DNA of 64,000 nt from an uncultured Chloroflexia bacterium (GCA_963791725.1 CAWBTQ010000005.1:16366-80365); one strand, 5' to 3'; shown: positions 1 to 10,765, numbered from the stretch's first letter. Notes: generated by a model from the letters alone, not told the origin. A program made the numbers and translations.

Positions 1-253
1 CCACGGAACGTCAGGTTCCGGCGCGATTCAGCACCGAGATTGCTACATTGACCGGGTCAAGAGGTCCAATCGACAAGCGGTCGAGCGTCTCTCTGGATCC
101 GACTTACGGGACGCCATGCCGACCCGCGGCGGATTCCGGTTAGTGGCACCGATGGCCGGCGCGCTGGTGGACTCGCGGACGGCGTACATCGGGGCACGTC
201 CCGGACGGCTCCCGCTCGGCGCCTGCTACCGGAGCCGCTGTGCCGATCGGCCG

Positions 254-2182
254 CTAGTCCTCCAGCGTCGAGATGTCGCCTTCTGGCAGACCCTGCGCCC
301 GGGCCCTCAGGACGCGGCGCATGATCTTGCCCGACCGCGTCTTGGGCAGCGCATCGACGAACTTGATGTCCTCCGGCTTGGCGATGGGGCCCATTTCGGT
401 GCCGACGTGCTGGCGCAACTCCTCGGCCAGCTCCGGCGAAGCCGCGTAATCGTGGCGCAGCATGACGAAGGCGTGGATGGCGTGGCCCTTGATGTCGTGA
501 GGCAGGCCTATCACCGCCGCCTCGGCGACCGCCGGGTGGCTCACCAGGGCTGACTCGATCTCGGCCGTGCCCAGTCGGTAGCCCGAGACCTTCAGAACGT
601 CGTCGACTCGGCCGATGACCCAGTAGTAGCCGTCCTTATCGCGCTTGGCCGAGTCGCCGGTCAGGTAGACGCCCGGGTATTTGCTCCAATACTGCTGGAC
701 GTATCGATCGGGGTCGCCGTAGATCGTGCGAAGCATCGCCGGCCACGGCCGCGTGAGGACCAGGAAGCCTTCCTCGCCGTCCCCGACCGGCTGGCCGGCC
801 TCGTCGTAGATGTCGGCCCGCAGACCGGGGAAGGGCCGCGTCCCCGAGCCGGGCTTGAGGTCCACGCAGGGCAGGGGAGTGATCATGAACATGCCCGTTT
901 CGGTCTGCCACCAGGTGTCCATGATCGGGCAGCGCTCTTTGCCGATGTTCTTGTAGTACCAGCGCCACGCCTCTGGGTTGATCGGCTCCCCCACCGAACC
1001 GAGCAGCCGCAGCGACGACAGATCGCGCCGGTTCGGCCATGCCTCGCCGAACCTCATCAGGCCGCGGATCGCCGTGGGTGCCGTGTAGAGAACGTTGATG
1101 CCATACCTCTCCACCATGGCCCACCAACGGTCCGGATATGGGTGCGTGGGCCCGCCTTCGTACAGGAAGCTCGTCGCGCCCAGGATCAGCGGCCCGTAGA
1201 CGATGTAGGAGTGGCCGGTTACCCAGCCGGGGTCCGCGGCGCACCAGTAACGGTCATCGTCCTTGAGGTCGAACACGTACTTGAGCGTGGTCGCGACGCC
1301 CACCTGGTAGCCGCCGTGGGTATGGACGATGGCCTTTGGCTTGCCCGTCGTGCCCGACGTATAGAGCAGGTAGAGCGGGTCCTCGGCGTCCATGACCTCC
1401 GTCGGGCAGCACGGGTCCGCGATGGGCAGGGCCATCAGCTCATGCCACCACATGTCGCGGCCCTCTTCCATCGGCACCTCGTGGCCGGTGCGCTTGAACA
1501 CGACCACGTGCTCCACGATCGGGGCCCGCCTGATCGCCTCGTCGGCGATGCGCTTGAGCTCGACGATCTTGCCGTTGAGATGCGCGCCGTCGCAGGTGAC
1601 CACTACTCGCGATTGCGAATCCTCGATCCGCTCGTGCAGGGCCTCCGTGGAGAAGCCGCCATACACGACCGAATGGACGGCGCCGATCTTGGCGCAGGCC
1701 AGCATGGCGATCGGCAGCTCGGGCACGCGGCCCATGTAGATCGTGACCCGGTCGCCCCTCTTCACGCCGAGGGCCTTCAGCACGCTGGCGAACTTGCCGA
1801 CCTCGCGGTTGAGGGCGTGGTAGGAGAAGGTGCGCTGTTCGCCGTTCTCGCCCTCCCAGATGAGGGCCAACTTGTTGCGCCGGTGGGTCTTCTGGTGGCG
1901 GTCAAGGGCGTTGAGGACGATGTTCGTCTTGGCGGACACAAACCACTTGTAGAAGGGCTTGTTCGAGTCGTCGAGGACCTTGGTCCAGGGCTCGTACCAG
2001 TCGACAAGCTCACGGGCGCGAGCCTCCCAGAAGCCCACGAAGTCCTCGTCCGCGGTCTGAGCCAGCGCGTCCCAGTCCTTGACGTAGGCCTGTTGGACCA
2101 CCGCGTCGGAAGGCGGGTACAGCTCCTGTGACTGACCGTCGCCCGACGTGGCTGCGGACTCAGCGATAGACATGGCGGACAT
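254..2182 (-). CDS. acs: Acetyl-CoA synthetase (AMP-forming).
   Basis: The 642-aa ORF carries the adenylate-forming motifs [11 protein letters not shown], the GEP/YGxTE-like region and a C-terminal [11 protein letters not shown] lysine motif. These and the length match AcsA. Confidence 0.93.
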   Translation of the reverse strand: MSAMSIAESAATSGDGQSQELYPPSDAVVQQAYVKDWDALAQTADEDFVGFWEARARELVDWYEPWTKVLDDSNKPFYKWFVSAKTNIVLNALDRHQKTHRRNKLALIWEGENGEQRTFSYHALNREVGKFASVLKALGVKRGDRVTIYMGRVPELPIAMLACAKIGAVHSVVYGGFSTEALHERIEDSQSRVVVTCDGAHLNGKIVELKRIADEAIRRAPIVEHVVVFKRTGHEVPMEEGRDMWWHELMALPIADPCCPTEVMDAEDPLYLLYTSGTTGKPKAIVHTHGGYQVGVATTLKYVFDLKDDDRYWCAADPGWVTGHSYIVYGPLILGATSFLYEGGPTHPYPDRWWAMVERYGINVLYTAPTAIRGLMRFGEAWPNRRDLSSLRLLGSVGEPINPEAWRWYYKNIGKERCPIMDTWWQTETGMFMITPLPCVDLKPGSGTRPFPGLRADIYDEAGQPVGDGEEGFLVLTRPWPAMLRTIYGDPDRYVQQYWSKYPGVYLTGDSAKRDKDGYYWVIGRVDDVLKVSGYRLGTAEIESALVSHPAVAEAAVIGLPHDIKGHAIHAFVMLRHDYAASPELAEELRQHVGTEMGPIAKPEDIKFVDALPKTRSGKIMRRVLRARAQGLPEGDISTLED

Positions 2183-2432
2183 CCTCCCGATACGGCGCTC
2201 TCGTCAGAGCGCCGCTGCTGCCGGCAAACCTGTGGGCCTGGCGTGGACAGCCGATCGGCCGGCCGGGCGATCCTCGAACGTCACGCGACGAGGAGCGGGA
2301 CGGGCTGCGGTCGGATGCCGCGCAGAGTAGCGCGGGCACGAACCGGCGGCAATCGGGAGTTAGCGTCGGTCCGACCAGTGGGTCGTTTATCCGCCGACCG
2401 GGCCGACAGGGAGATGGTGAGGCTCGCTGACT

Positions 2433-3440
2433 TCAGGATGGCGCCGGTCCGACGGTGCGCCTGCGAACAAGGGTGACCGGAAGGACTTCGCGGAGGGGGC
2501 CCGACGGCTGGCCGGCGATCATCCCGACGAGCCGTTCCACGGCTCGAACCCCACTCTCCCTGAGCGGCTGATGGATCGTCGTCAAGCCCATGAAATCGGC
2601 CGCCTCGATGTCGTCATAGCCGATCACGGACAGCTCGCCAGGAACATCCACTCCGAGCCGACGAACGGCTTCGAGGATCCCAATCGCGAGAGTGTCGTTT
2701 GCCGCGATGATCGCCGTCGGGGGAGCGGAGCTCGAGAGTAAGGTCTCGGCCGCTGCCTGCGCGGCCTGGCGCGAATGCTCGAGTTCCACGACGTGGTCCG
2801 GCCTCATTGCGAGGCCGTGCTCGCGCAGGGCAAACATCGCGCCGCGGAGACGCATCCGACTCGAAGGAACGCCGAGGATCGGCCTGGGCTCGTCGCCGAT
2901 AAACCCGATCCTAGTGTGGCCGAGTTCGAGGAGGTGCTTAGCGGCCATGGCGCCGCCCCCAACGTCGTCACAGACAACGCGGGGCAGATGGCGGTGGTGG
3001 GCATCGATCAGCACGACGGGAAGACCTGAGCGACGGACCCGGGCGATCTCGGTGTCGTGCGGGGCGACCGACACCATTATCACGCCGTCGATGCGTTCTG
3101 GGCGCGCCACGCTGCGGAGAACGGCGTCGCGTCGCTCGGGGGTCTCGACGTTGAGGACCAGCATGTCGAGGGCAGCCTCGACGAGGGCGAGCTCGATCCC
3201 GCGAAGCCGCTCCACGACCGAAGGCCGGGTCAAGTGCAGCGTCACGACGGCGATGCTCTGCGTCCGACCGAGCGAGAGCCGCTGTGCGGTCGCGCTGGGC
3301 ACGTAGTCGAGCTCCTCGATTGCGGTGAGGACGCGCGCCCGCGTGGATGGGTCCACGTTCGGTCTGCTGTTGAGTACCCGGCTCACAGTGCCGACGCCCA
3401 CTCCTGCCCGGCGTGCCACGTCCCCGATGTTGGCTGGCAT
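2433..3440 (-). CDS. LacI-family transcriptional regulator.
   Basis: The N-terminal HTH reads MPANIGDVARRAGVGVGTVSRVLN and is followed by a periplasmic-binding-fold sugar domain. The start is trimmed to the ATG at 3440; the upstream part of ORF 2433..3563 is non-homologous, Arg-rich extension. Confidence 0.85.
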   Translation of the reverse strand: MPANIGDVARRAGVGVGTVSRVLNSRPNVDPSTRARVLTAIEELDYVPSATAQRLSLGRTQSIAVVTLHLTRPSVVERLRGIELALVEAALDMLVLNVETPERRDAVLRSVARPERIDGVIMVSVAPHDTEIARVRRSGLPVVLIDAHHRHLPRVVCDDVGGGAMAAKHLLELGHTRIGFIGDEPRPILGVPSSRMRLRGAMFALREHGLAMRPDHVVELEHSRQAAQAAAETLLSSSAPPTAIIAANDTLAIGILEAVRRLGVDVPGELSVIGYDDIEAADFMGLTTIHQPLRESGVRAVERLVGMIAGQPSGPLREVLPVTLVRRRTVGPAPS

Positions 3441-4066
3441 GACCTGCCCTCGCTGATCGAACCGCGGTATCGCTTCCATCGTACAGGCCTGTGGCGGCTC
3501 AACGCGACGGCGACGCCTCGGTTCTCGACACTGGCTCGCACGAGATGCCCGGAGCAGAAGCACTTGACGTGCATGTTAGTCTCTCGGTGCGGCGGATTGG
3601 AAGCGGTTCCACGCCGCGGCGTCTGGCCTCGGGAGGACGATACGATCATCCTCGTGACCTCGTTCCTGACCCACCCGCGGGCTCTTGAGCGGCTTCGTGG
3701 CCTGGGCGCGGTCCTCAGCCACAGCGAGTTGGATCTGATCAACTACAGCGTTGGGACCGTCGAAAAGCGGGACCGACGCCAGCGAAGCCTGCCGTTGGCC
3801 CAGCGGATCGACGGGGTACCGGTCATCTCGCTGCCGCCACGGGACGTAGGCCAGACCACGGCCCGCCAGTGTCCATTCGGTTCCGGACGCCTCGGCCCCG
3901 AGTTGCAGCTCAATGGGACTGGCCAACGCTCGGACATTCTCCCTCACACTGATTTGCCACCTGACCTCGTAATCCGCGCGACGTCGGCGCCACCGAGGGA
4001 GGGCTTGCCTAGGGATTGAACACAGCGAATCGTCTTGGATCCGACTGCCCAAGGAGGAGACGAACA

Positions 4067-5479
4067 ATGTTGCCAGCCTTTAGCCAGTCTCGGAGGGTTC
4101 TGGGAGGACTCGCGGTCGTCGCGCTCATCGCCGCGGCGTGCAGCTCCTCGGTCGCGACCCCGACCGTCGTCCCCGCTACACCAACCGCCGCGCCAACAGC
4201 GGCCTCAACTACAGCCCCGTCCGTCGCGGCTTCGCCGACGGCGCCCGATGAGGCCACGTATTGCGGTACTGCCCCGGTCGTGCTCAACGCGTACTTCGAG
4301 ACCGGATTCGACATTCCTTTCAAGCTCTCCGATGAGTTCACCAAGGAGTTTCCGAACGTAACCTGGAAGATCAGCCAGGACCAGTTCACCAACCTCACGA
4401 ACGAAACGCCGCGGCTGCTGGCGTCTGACACCCCGCCGGATCTCATTCGCCTCCCGACCATGGTGTCGCTCGTGAAGGACGGGCTCCTCCTGAACCTGGA
4501 CAAGTATGTGACCGCGTTCGGCTGGGACAAGTGGCCGGCCTCATTGCTCGTCCAGAACCGCGTTAGTGCGAACGGCATCCGCGGCTCCGGCTCGCTGTAC
4601 GCGGCCGGCTTGAACTACAGCATGACCGGCGTCTTCTACAACAAGAAGCTCGCCGCCCAGATCGGCATGACCACGCCTCCGGCGACGGTGGCCGATTTCG
4701 AGGCTCTGCTGGCCAAGGCCAAGGCGGCCGGGCTCCAGCCCATAATGCAATGGAACGCCTCCGCCAGCGGCGGCGGGCTTGCATTCCCGCTCCAGAACCT
4801 CATGGCGGCTTACGGCCCCACCGGGCCGATCAACGATTGGATCTTCGACGTCAAGGGTGCGACGATCGACACCCAGACCAACCTGACGGCCGCACAGCAC
4901 CTCCAGCAGTGGATCGCGGCCGGCTACTTCCCCACGGACGTCAACTCCATCGAGTACGCAGACTCCAACAGCCGCTTCGTCAAGGGCACAGGGGTCTTCA
5001 CGTTCAACGGCGACTGGGAGAACGCCGACTACGACAAGAACGCCCCAGGTAACGTCGGGTTCTTCCCGTTCCCGTCTGCCACCGCTGGGGGTAAGCTCGC
5101 CGCCATGTCTGCGCCTCTCACCTACGGGATCGCTGCCAAGGCTAAGAACGCCGACTGCGCAGCCTTCTTCCTCAACTGGGTCGCAACCAACGCGACCGCT
5201 CGCCAGATCGACGTGACAGTCGGCGGCTCAAACCCCGGCGGTCCTTCCGACCTTCCGGTTCCGACGGTTGCTGCCGGTTCCGTTACCAATGACACCCTGT
5301 CAGGCGGAGCCCAGGTCTCCAAGGACAGCGGCGGCATGGACTTCATCGCCAACTCCACCGGCTCCATCTTCGCTCAGGGCTGGACGCCCGAGCTCCAGAA
5401 GATGGTCGGCGGCAAAGTAGATGCCGCCTCACTCCTCAAGGACGTGCAGGCCGAGTACGTTAAGGAACTCTCCCAGTAA
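4067..5479 (+). CDS. Sugar ABC transporter substrate-binding lipoprotein (solute-binding family 1).
   Basis: A lipoprotein signal (LAVVALIAAACSSS, with a lipobox Cys) precedes a low-complexity linker and an SBP fold. An RBS AAGGAGGAG lies 8 nt upstream of the ATG at 4067, and two permease genes follow. Confidence 0.85.
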   Translation: MLPAFSQSRRVLGGLAVVALIAAACSSSVATPTVVPATPTAAPTAASTTAPSVAASPTAPDEATYCGTAPVVLNAYFETGFDIPFKLSDEFTKEFPNVTWKISQDQFTNLTNETPRLLASDTPPDLIRLPTMVSLVKDGLLLNLDKYVTAFGWDKWPASLLVQNRVSANGIRGSGSLYAAGLNYSMTGVFYNKKLAAQIGMTTPPATVADFEALLAKAKAAGLQPIMQWNASASGGGLAFPLQNLMAAYGPTGPINDWIFDVKGATIDTQTNLTAAQHLQQWIAAGYFPTDVNSIEYADSNSRFVKGTGVFTFNGDWENADYDKNAPGNVGFFPFPSATAGGKLAAMSAPLTYGIAAKAKNADCAAFFLNWVATNATARQIDVTVGGSNPGGPSDLPVPTVAAGSVTNDTLSGGAQVSKDSGGMDFIANSTGSIFAQGWTPELQKMVGGKVDAASLLKDVQAEYVKELSQ

Positions 5480-6450
5480 TGTATGCCGCTGACCGATCGA
5501 TGACTGAGACCATCCTCGCCGGATCGGATGCTCAGACCGACCGTCAGCGGCGGGCCCGGCGGACCTTCCGATTCCGGAAGGTCCGCCGGGAAACCTTGCT
5601 CGGCTGGCTGTTCGTCGTACCTGCACTGGCGATCTACCTCGCGTTCGTGATACTTCCGCTCGCCATAACGGTGCAGTACTCGCTGTACCGGTGGGACGGC
5701 TTCAACACCCCCGTATGGGTCGGTCCAGACAACTACGTGAACGTGTTCACCGATCCGGACCTGCTCAACACGATCTTCAACGCCTTCCGGCTGATCTTCT
5801 TCTTCAGCATTATCCCGGTCACTCTCGGGCTGGTGGTGGCCTCCATCATCCGGCGGACCGCCACAGGTGGGCTGGGCAACGTCTCCCGGACGGTTCTTTT
5901 CCTGCCGAATGTCATCCCGCTCGTAGCCGCTGGCATTGTGTGGAAAGTGGTGCTCTCGCTTACGGGAGTCGCCAACGGGTTTCTGTCCGCCATTGGGCTT
6001 GAGAGTATCACTCGGGCCTGGCTGGGCGATTTCGATTGGGCCCTGGTCGCGGTCGGTTTGATCGGGACCTGGGTGCTGCTCGGGCTGTGCACCCTCCTGC
6101 TTCTGACAGGCATGGCGAAGATCGATCCCGCCCTGTACGAGTCCGCGAGAATCGACGGCGCCGGTGCCGTCCGTGAGTTCCTGGCGATCACTCTCCCGAG
6201 CCTCAAGCAAGAGATCGCCGTGTGTGCCACGGTCACGGTCATCGCGGCGTTGAGGAGCTTCGATATCGTCTACGTAGCCACGGGCGGCGGACCGGGGCTG
6301 GCGACGATGGTGCCGGGACTCGACATCTACGTGCTTGCCTTCCAGGCACGTGCCGTGGGTGTCGCGTCGGCGCTCGCCGTGGTGCTAATCGTCCTCATCC
6401 TGGTACTGATCGTTCCGATCCAGTGGCTGAGTCGGGAGAACGGGGAATGA
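5479..6450 (+). CDS. Sugar ABC transporter permease (MalF/UgpA-type).
   Basis: Six TM segments and the EAA-like motif (ESARIDGAGAVREFLAITLPSLK) are present. The start overlaps the SBP stop (TAATG). Confidence 0.88.
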   Translation: MYAADRSMTETILAGSDAQTDRQRRARRTFRFRKVRRETLLGWLFVVPALAIYLAFVILPLAITVQYSLYRWDGFNTPVWVGPDNYVNVFTDPDLLNTIFNAFRLIFFFSIIPVTLGLVVASIIRRTATGGLGNVSRTVLFLPNVIPLVAAGIVWKVVLSLTGVANGFLSAIGLESITRAWLGDFDWALVAVGLIGTWVLLGLCTLLLLTGMAKIDPALYESARIDGAGAVREFLAITLPSLKQEIAVCATVTVIAALRSFDIVYVATGGGPGLATMVPGLDIYVLAFQARAVGVASALAVVLIVLILVLIVPIQWLSRENGE

Positions 6451-7274
6451 AGGTCGCTCGCCTCGAACTCTTCACCGGCCGATTTGTGCTCATCGTGCTC
6501 ATGGTCGTCACTCTCGTGCCGTTCATCAGCATGTTCACGACTGCGCTGTACCCCTCCGAGTCCTACCCCCAGGGGCTCCCCAACTGGCCTGCGGACCCGC
6601 AATGGGGCAACTTCGTCGACGCCTTCAAGATAGCCAACTTGAGCACGATGCTGTCCTCGAGCGTCTTGATCGTGCTCCTCACGGTACCTATCTCACTCCT
6701 GATCTCGACGATGGCCGGGTTCGCCATCGGGCATCTGCGGATTCCGGGTGCTTCCCTGCTGCTCCTCCTCTTCGTATTCGGGCTGACCCTCCCGTATGAG
6801 GGAATCGTGACGCCCCTCTACTTCCTCGAGCGCCAGATCGGGATCCTGAACGGCCGCCTGGCGATCACACTGCCGCTGATCGCGCTGTATATGCCTTTCG
6901 CGGTGTACTGGATGCGAGCGCACTTCGTCAACATGCCGCCGGAGATCAGCGAGGCGGCCCGCGTCGACGGGGCCAGCACGTGGGATCTCTTCTGGCGGAT
7001 CCATGTCCCGCTGGCTCGGGCCCCGATCGCGTCGCTCGGGATCCTCATGTCGGTGTGGACGTGGAACCAGTTCGTGCTCGCCCTGGTCCTCGTGGAGGAC
7101 CCGAACCAGCGGACGGCGGCCGGCGCCCTGGGAGCATTCCAGGGCCACTACGCGACCGATATCCCCTTGCTGTGCGCCGGCTCGCTGGAAATTCTCCTAC
7201 CCACCCTTATCGTCTTCATCCTCTTCCAGCGCCAGGTCATCGCCGCGCTTCTCCAGGGATCGGTCAAAGGATGA
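6447..7274 (+). CDS. Sugar ABC transporter permease (MalG/UgpE-type).
   Basis: The protein has TM helices and the EAA motif (EAARVDGASTWDLFWRIHVPLA). The ATG at 6447 overlaps the preceding stop, and the start is trimmed from ORF 6222. Confidence 0.88.
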   Translation: MKVARLELFTGRFVLIVLMVVTLVPFISMFTTALYPSESYPQGLPNWPADPQWGNFVDAFKIANLSTMLSSSVLIVLLTVPISLLISTMAGFAIGHLRIPGASLLLLLFVFGLTLPYEGIVTPLYFLERQIGILNGRLAITLPLIALYMPFAVYWMRAHFVNMPPEISEAARVDGASTWDLFWRIHVPLARAPIASLGILMSVWTWNQFVLALVLVEDPNQRTAAGALGAFQGHYATDIPLLCAGSLEILLPTLIVFILFQRQVIAALLQGSVKG

Positions 7275-7308
7275 GGAACGCCCCGGTCGATCGTAGAGGA
7301 GCCAGGAA

Positions 7309-8508
7309 ATGACAAGGCCCTCCGGTCGGGCTCTTGGATCGCTACTGGTCGCCGGCGAGGTCGACGACGGGTTCGGCCGCGTGATGAATGTCTTCTCACA
7401 CAACTTCGCGGAGCGCGGCGACCTCGGCGCCGCCTGCGCCCTCTACGTGGATGGCCGGAAGGTCGTGGACATATGGGCAGGAGTCGCCGACGCTCGAACC
7501 GGCCGGACGTGGGACGAGGACACCTCAGCCGTCATCTTCTCGTGCTCGAAAGGGCTCCTCGCCATCTGCGTCTATGTGCTCGTGCAGAAGGGACTCCTGG
7601 ATCTGGATGCACCCGTGGCCCGCTATTGGCCGGAGTTCGCGCGGCACGGCAAGGACGCCATCCCCGTGCGCTGGCTGCTCAGCCACCGCGCGGGCTTGCC
7701 GGCGCTCGACAGGGATCTGACACGTCGCGAGGTTCTCGCCTGGGACCCTGTGATACGGGCAATCGAGGCCCAGTCTCCGCTCTGGGCTCCGGGTACAGCA
7801 CACTCATACCACGCTCTCACCTACGGCTGGCTCATCGGCGAGGTGATACGTCGGGTGACTGGCAGCCTGCCCGGCGCCTTCTTCCGCCGGGAGCTCGGGA
7901 ATCCATTGGGACTGCGCACCTGGATCGGCCTCCCGGCTTCGGGCCGCGAGTCAGTGGCCTGGATGGAGCCGCCTCTTCCCGATGAGGACACGCCCGCAAT
8001 CCGGGCGATCAACGAACATCTTGCGCAGCCCGTGGCAATGCGGAGTCTCACGATGGGCAGCGCTTTTGGGTTCCCGGTGGAGGGCGGTGTCGTCACTTTC
8101 AACGACCCCGAGATCCAGGCCAGCCAGATCCCGGCTGCCAATGGCATCAGCACCGCGCGTTCGCTCGCCCGCCTATACGCGGGTTGCGTCTCGGAGATCG
8201 GCGGTCCCAGGATTCTGAGCCGCTCGTCGGTCGACGATGCCATCCGAGTCCAATCGTACGGCCGGCAGCTGTTCGGGCCGCCCGACTCGGGTCAGCGCTG
8301 GGGTACCGGATTCCAGCTCAACTCTCCACCCGCCCGACCCATGCTCGGCGACCGAAGCTTCGGTCACGACGGCGCCGGCGGCCAGCTAGGGTTCGCCGAC
8401 GACGAACACGGCGTCGGCTTCGCCTACCTCAGCAACCAGATGGGTGGGATCGCCGACCACCGGGCCAACCTGCTGACCGCCGCGGTCAAAGCATGCCTCC
8501 GCGAATAG
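7309..8508 (+). CDS. Serine hydrolase of the beta-lactamase family (EstB/D-aminopeptidase-like esterase).
   Basis: An S-x-x-K active-site motif (FSCSKGLL) and a class C beta-lactamase-like fold are present. There is no signal peptide. Confidence 0.8.
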   Translation: MTRPSGRALGSLLVAGEVDDGFGRVMNVFSHNFAERGDLGAACALYVDGRKVVDIWAGVADARTGRTWDEDTSAVIFSCSKGLLAICVYVLVQKGLLDLDAPVARYWPEFARHGKDAIPVRWLLSHRAGLPALDRDLTRREVLAWDPVIRAIEAQSPLWAPGTAHSYHALTYGWLIGEVIRRVTGSLPGAFFRRELGNPLGLRTWIGLPASGRESVAWMEPPLPDEDTPAIRAINEHLAQPVAMRSLTMGSAFGFPVEGGVVTFNDPEIQASQIPAANGISTARSLARLYAGCVSEIGGPRILSRSSVDDAIRVQSYGRQLFGPPDSGQRWGTGFQLNSPPARPMLGDRSFGHDGAGGQLGFADDEHGVGFAYLSNQMGGIADHRANLLTAAVKACLRE

Positions 8509-8627
8509 CTGTGATGGGGGATACGACACGAGGAAGAGAGCACGAAAACGATGGATGGCGACCCAGCTCGCGCGACGCGGCGACGGGAGCGCCGGTCGGC
8601 ACCAGGGTTCGATCTTGTGGAGGAATT

Positions 8628-9281
8628 GTGAAGGGCGACGTCATCGTGATTGAGGAGCACCATCACCGGGCTGCGGCCGTGATCGGTGCGGCGATGGAGG
8701 CACAGGCGCAGGCCAAGCCGGGTCGCTTTCTTGTCACCATCGCCGGCGAGTCCGGCTCGGGCAAGTCCGAAACCGCGGCGGCCCTGGCCGATCGGCTCCT
8801 CCAGGGGGGGCTACGCTCGGTGATCCTTGGTCAGGACGACTACTTCGTCCTTCCACCGAAGGACAACGACGCGAGGCGCCGCCAGGATCCCGACTGGCTC
8901 GGTCCCGACGCAGAGGTGCGATTCGACCTGCTCCAGGCAAACGTGGACGCAGCTCTGGAGGGCGCCGCCTCGATCGACAAGCCCGTCATCGACTACGCCG
9001 CCAACTCGATGTCGACCGAGTGCCTGAGTCTGGCGGGCGTGAAGGTCGTGATCGTCGAGGGGACCTACGTGTCGCTGCTGAGGCATGTTGACGTGAGGAT
9101 CTTCATCGCCCGCAGCCGGCTCGAGACCCTGGAACATCGAAGAAGACGCAACCGGGGCGGCGAGGCACACGACCCCTTCATCGAGGAAGTGCTGAGCATC
9201 GAGCACAGGATAATCGCGGGGCACCAGCACATGGCGGACATCATCGTGACCCGAGATTACGACGTGGTCGAGGCGGGCTGA
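8628..9281 (+). CDS. Uridine kinase / phosphoribulokinase-family P-loop kinase.
   Basis: A Walker A loop (IAGESGSGKSE) and Udk-like blocks (VILGQDDYF, VVIVEGTY, DVRIFI) are present. The start is trimmed to the GTG at 8628, which has a GGAGGA RBS 4 nt upstream. An in-frame ATG at 8514 is the alternative, and the long N-terminus of ORF 8184 overlaps the esterase gene and is an artefact. Confidence 0.7.
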   Translation: MKGDVIVIEEHHHRAAAVIGAAMEAQAQAKPGRFLVTIAGESGSGKSETAAALADRLLQGGLRSVILGQDDYFVLPPKDNDARRRQDPDWLGPDAEVRFDLLQANVDAALEGAASIDKPVIDYAANSMSTECLSLAGVKVVIVEGTYVSLLRHVDVRIFIARSRLETLEHRRRRNRGGEAHDPFIEEVLSIEHRIIAGHQHMADIIVTRDYDVVEAG

Positions 9282-9295
9282 GGAAGCGAGGGGCG

Positions 9296-10765
9296 ATGCC
9301 CGTCAAGAACAAGGTTCAGCTGATCACGTACCCGGATTCGCTCGGCGGCACGCTGATAAGCCTCGAGCAGACCCTGGCGAACCATTTCCCCGGCCTCTTC
9401 GACGGTGGGATCCACATCCTGCCGCCGTTTCCGTCGTCAGGTGACAGGGGCTTTGCCCCCTTGACCTACCTGGAGATCGACTCCGCCATCGGTACGTGGG
9501 ACGACATTCGCCGACTTGGTGACCGATACGACATCTTGCTCGACCTTATGGTCAACCACATTTCCAGCAAGTCCCCGTTCTTCCAGGACTTTCTGGCGAA
9601 GGGTCGGGCTTCGGAGTGGGCGGATCTGTTCATCACCCTCGACAAGGTTTGGCCGACTGGCAGCCCCGTACAGGAGGACATCGACAAGATGTTCCTCCGA
9701 AGAGCGCAGCCGTATTCGACGTTCAAGGTAGGTTCGACCGGGATCGACGAGCAGGTCTGGACGACCTTCGGCAAGCGTGACCCTTCTGAGCAGGTCGACC
9801 TCGATTGGCAGTCGCCCCTCTTTCGGCGCCTCATGGGCGACTTCCTGGACAAGTTCTCGCGCCATGGCGTGAAGATCGTCAGGCTCGATGCGGTCGGATA
9901 CGTCGTCAAGAAACTCGGGACGAGTTGTTTCTTCGTCGAGCCCGAGATCTTCGAGTTCATGAACTGGATCGACGGGATCGCCGAGGCCAAAGGACTCAGC
10001 CTGCTGCCCGAAGTACATGCTCGGCGCGCCATTCAGGATCGCCTGTCACAACACGGCTACTGGACCTACGACTTCATCCTGCCGTACATGATCCTCGAGG
10101 CGCTGATCACCCGGTCGCCGACACGACTGCGCCCGTATCTGCTGTCGCGGCCGGAAAGGCAGTTCACGATGCTCGACTGCCACGACGGGATTCCAGTCAA
10201 GCCCGACATGGATGGGTTGTACAGGCCGGAGGATGCGCGGCGTTTGGTTCAGGTCTGCCTGGACCGTGGCGCGAACCTGAGCCTCGTTGTTTCAGCTGAG
10301 CACCAGGACGTAGACGGCTTCGACGTTCACCAGATCAGGGGTACGTTCTACTCGCTGCTGGATTGCGACGATGACGCCTACATCGCTGCGCGTGCCATCC
10401 AGTTCTTTGTCCCCGGCGTTCCCCAGGTCTACTACGTCGGTCTCCTCGCCGGTGAGAACGACTCGGAGGCGGCCTCTCGCAGTGGCGAGGGTAGGGACAT
10501 CAATCGTCACAACTTCAGCATGGAAGAGATCAGCGCCGCGGCGAGCAAGGGCGTCGTCCAGCGCCTCGTGCACCTCATCCGTTTGCGAAACACGCACCCG
10601 GCTTTTGACGGCGAATTCCGAGTTCTCGACTCGGCCGACAGCCGGCTGCGTCTCGCCTGGTCGGGGGGCGGGGAGGGATGCGTGCTTGACGTCGATTTCG
10701 CCTCTATGGAGTCCAGCGTGGAGTGCGTCGACTTGCTGGGGCACGCTGAGCGCGTCAGGTTGTGA
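9296..10765 (+). CDS. GH13_18 sucrose phosphorylase-like glucoside phosphorylase.
   Basis: The N-terminus MPVKNKVQLITYPDSLGG and the blocks HILPPFPSSGDRGFAP and DLMVNHIS are typical of sucrose, glucosylglycerate or sucrose-6F-phosphate phosphorylases. The gene starts 14 nt after the kinase gene. Confidence 0.85.
   Translation: MPVKNKVQLITYPDSLGGTLISLEQTLANHFPGLFDGGIHILPPFPSSGDRGFAPLTYLEIDSAIGTWDDIRRLGDRYDILLDLMVNHISSKSPFFQDFLAKGRASEWADLFITLDKVWPTGSPVQEDIDKMFLRRAQPYSTFKVGSTGIDEQVWTTFGKRDPSEQVDLDWQSPLFRRLMGDFLDKFSRHGVKIVRLDAVGYVVKKLGTSCFFVEPEIFEFMNWIDGIAEAKGLSLLPEVHARRAIQDRLSQHGYWTYDFILPYMILEALITRSPTRLRPYLLSRPERQFTMLDCHDGIPVKPDMDGLYRPEDARRLVQVCLDRGANLSLVVSAEHQDVDGFDVHQIRGTFYSLLDCDDDAYIAARAIQFFVPGVPQVYYVGLLAGENDSEAASRSGEGRDINRHNFSMEEISAAASKGVVQRLVHLIRLRNTHPAFDGEFRVLDSADSRLRLAWSGGGEGCVLDVDFASMESSVECVDLLGHAERVRL

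Noticed and set aside
8184-8627. N-terminal 148 codons of the kinase ORF.
   Set aside because: They overlap the esterase gene by over 300 nt and have no homology. A GTG at 8628 has a GGAGGA RBS.
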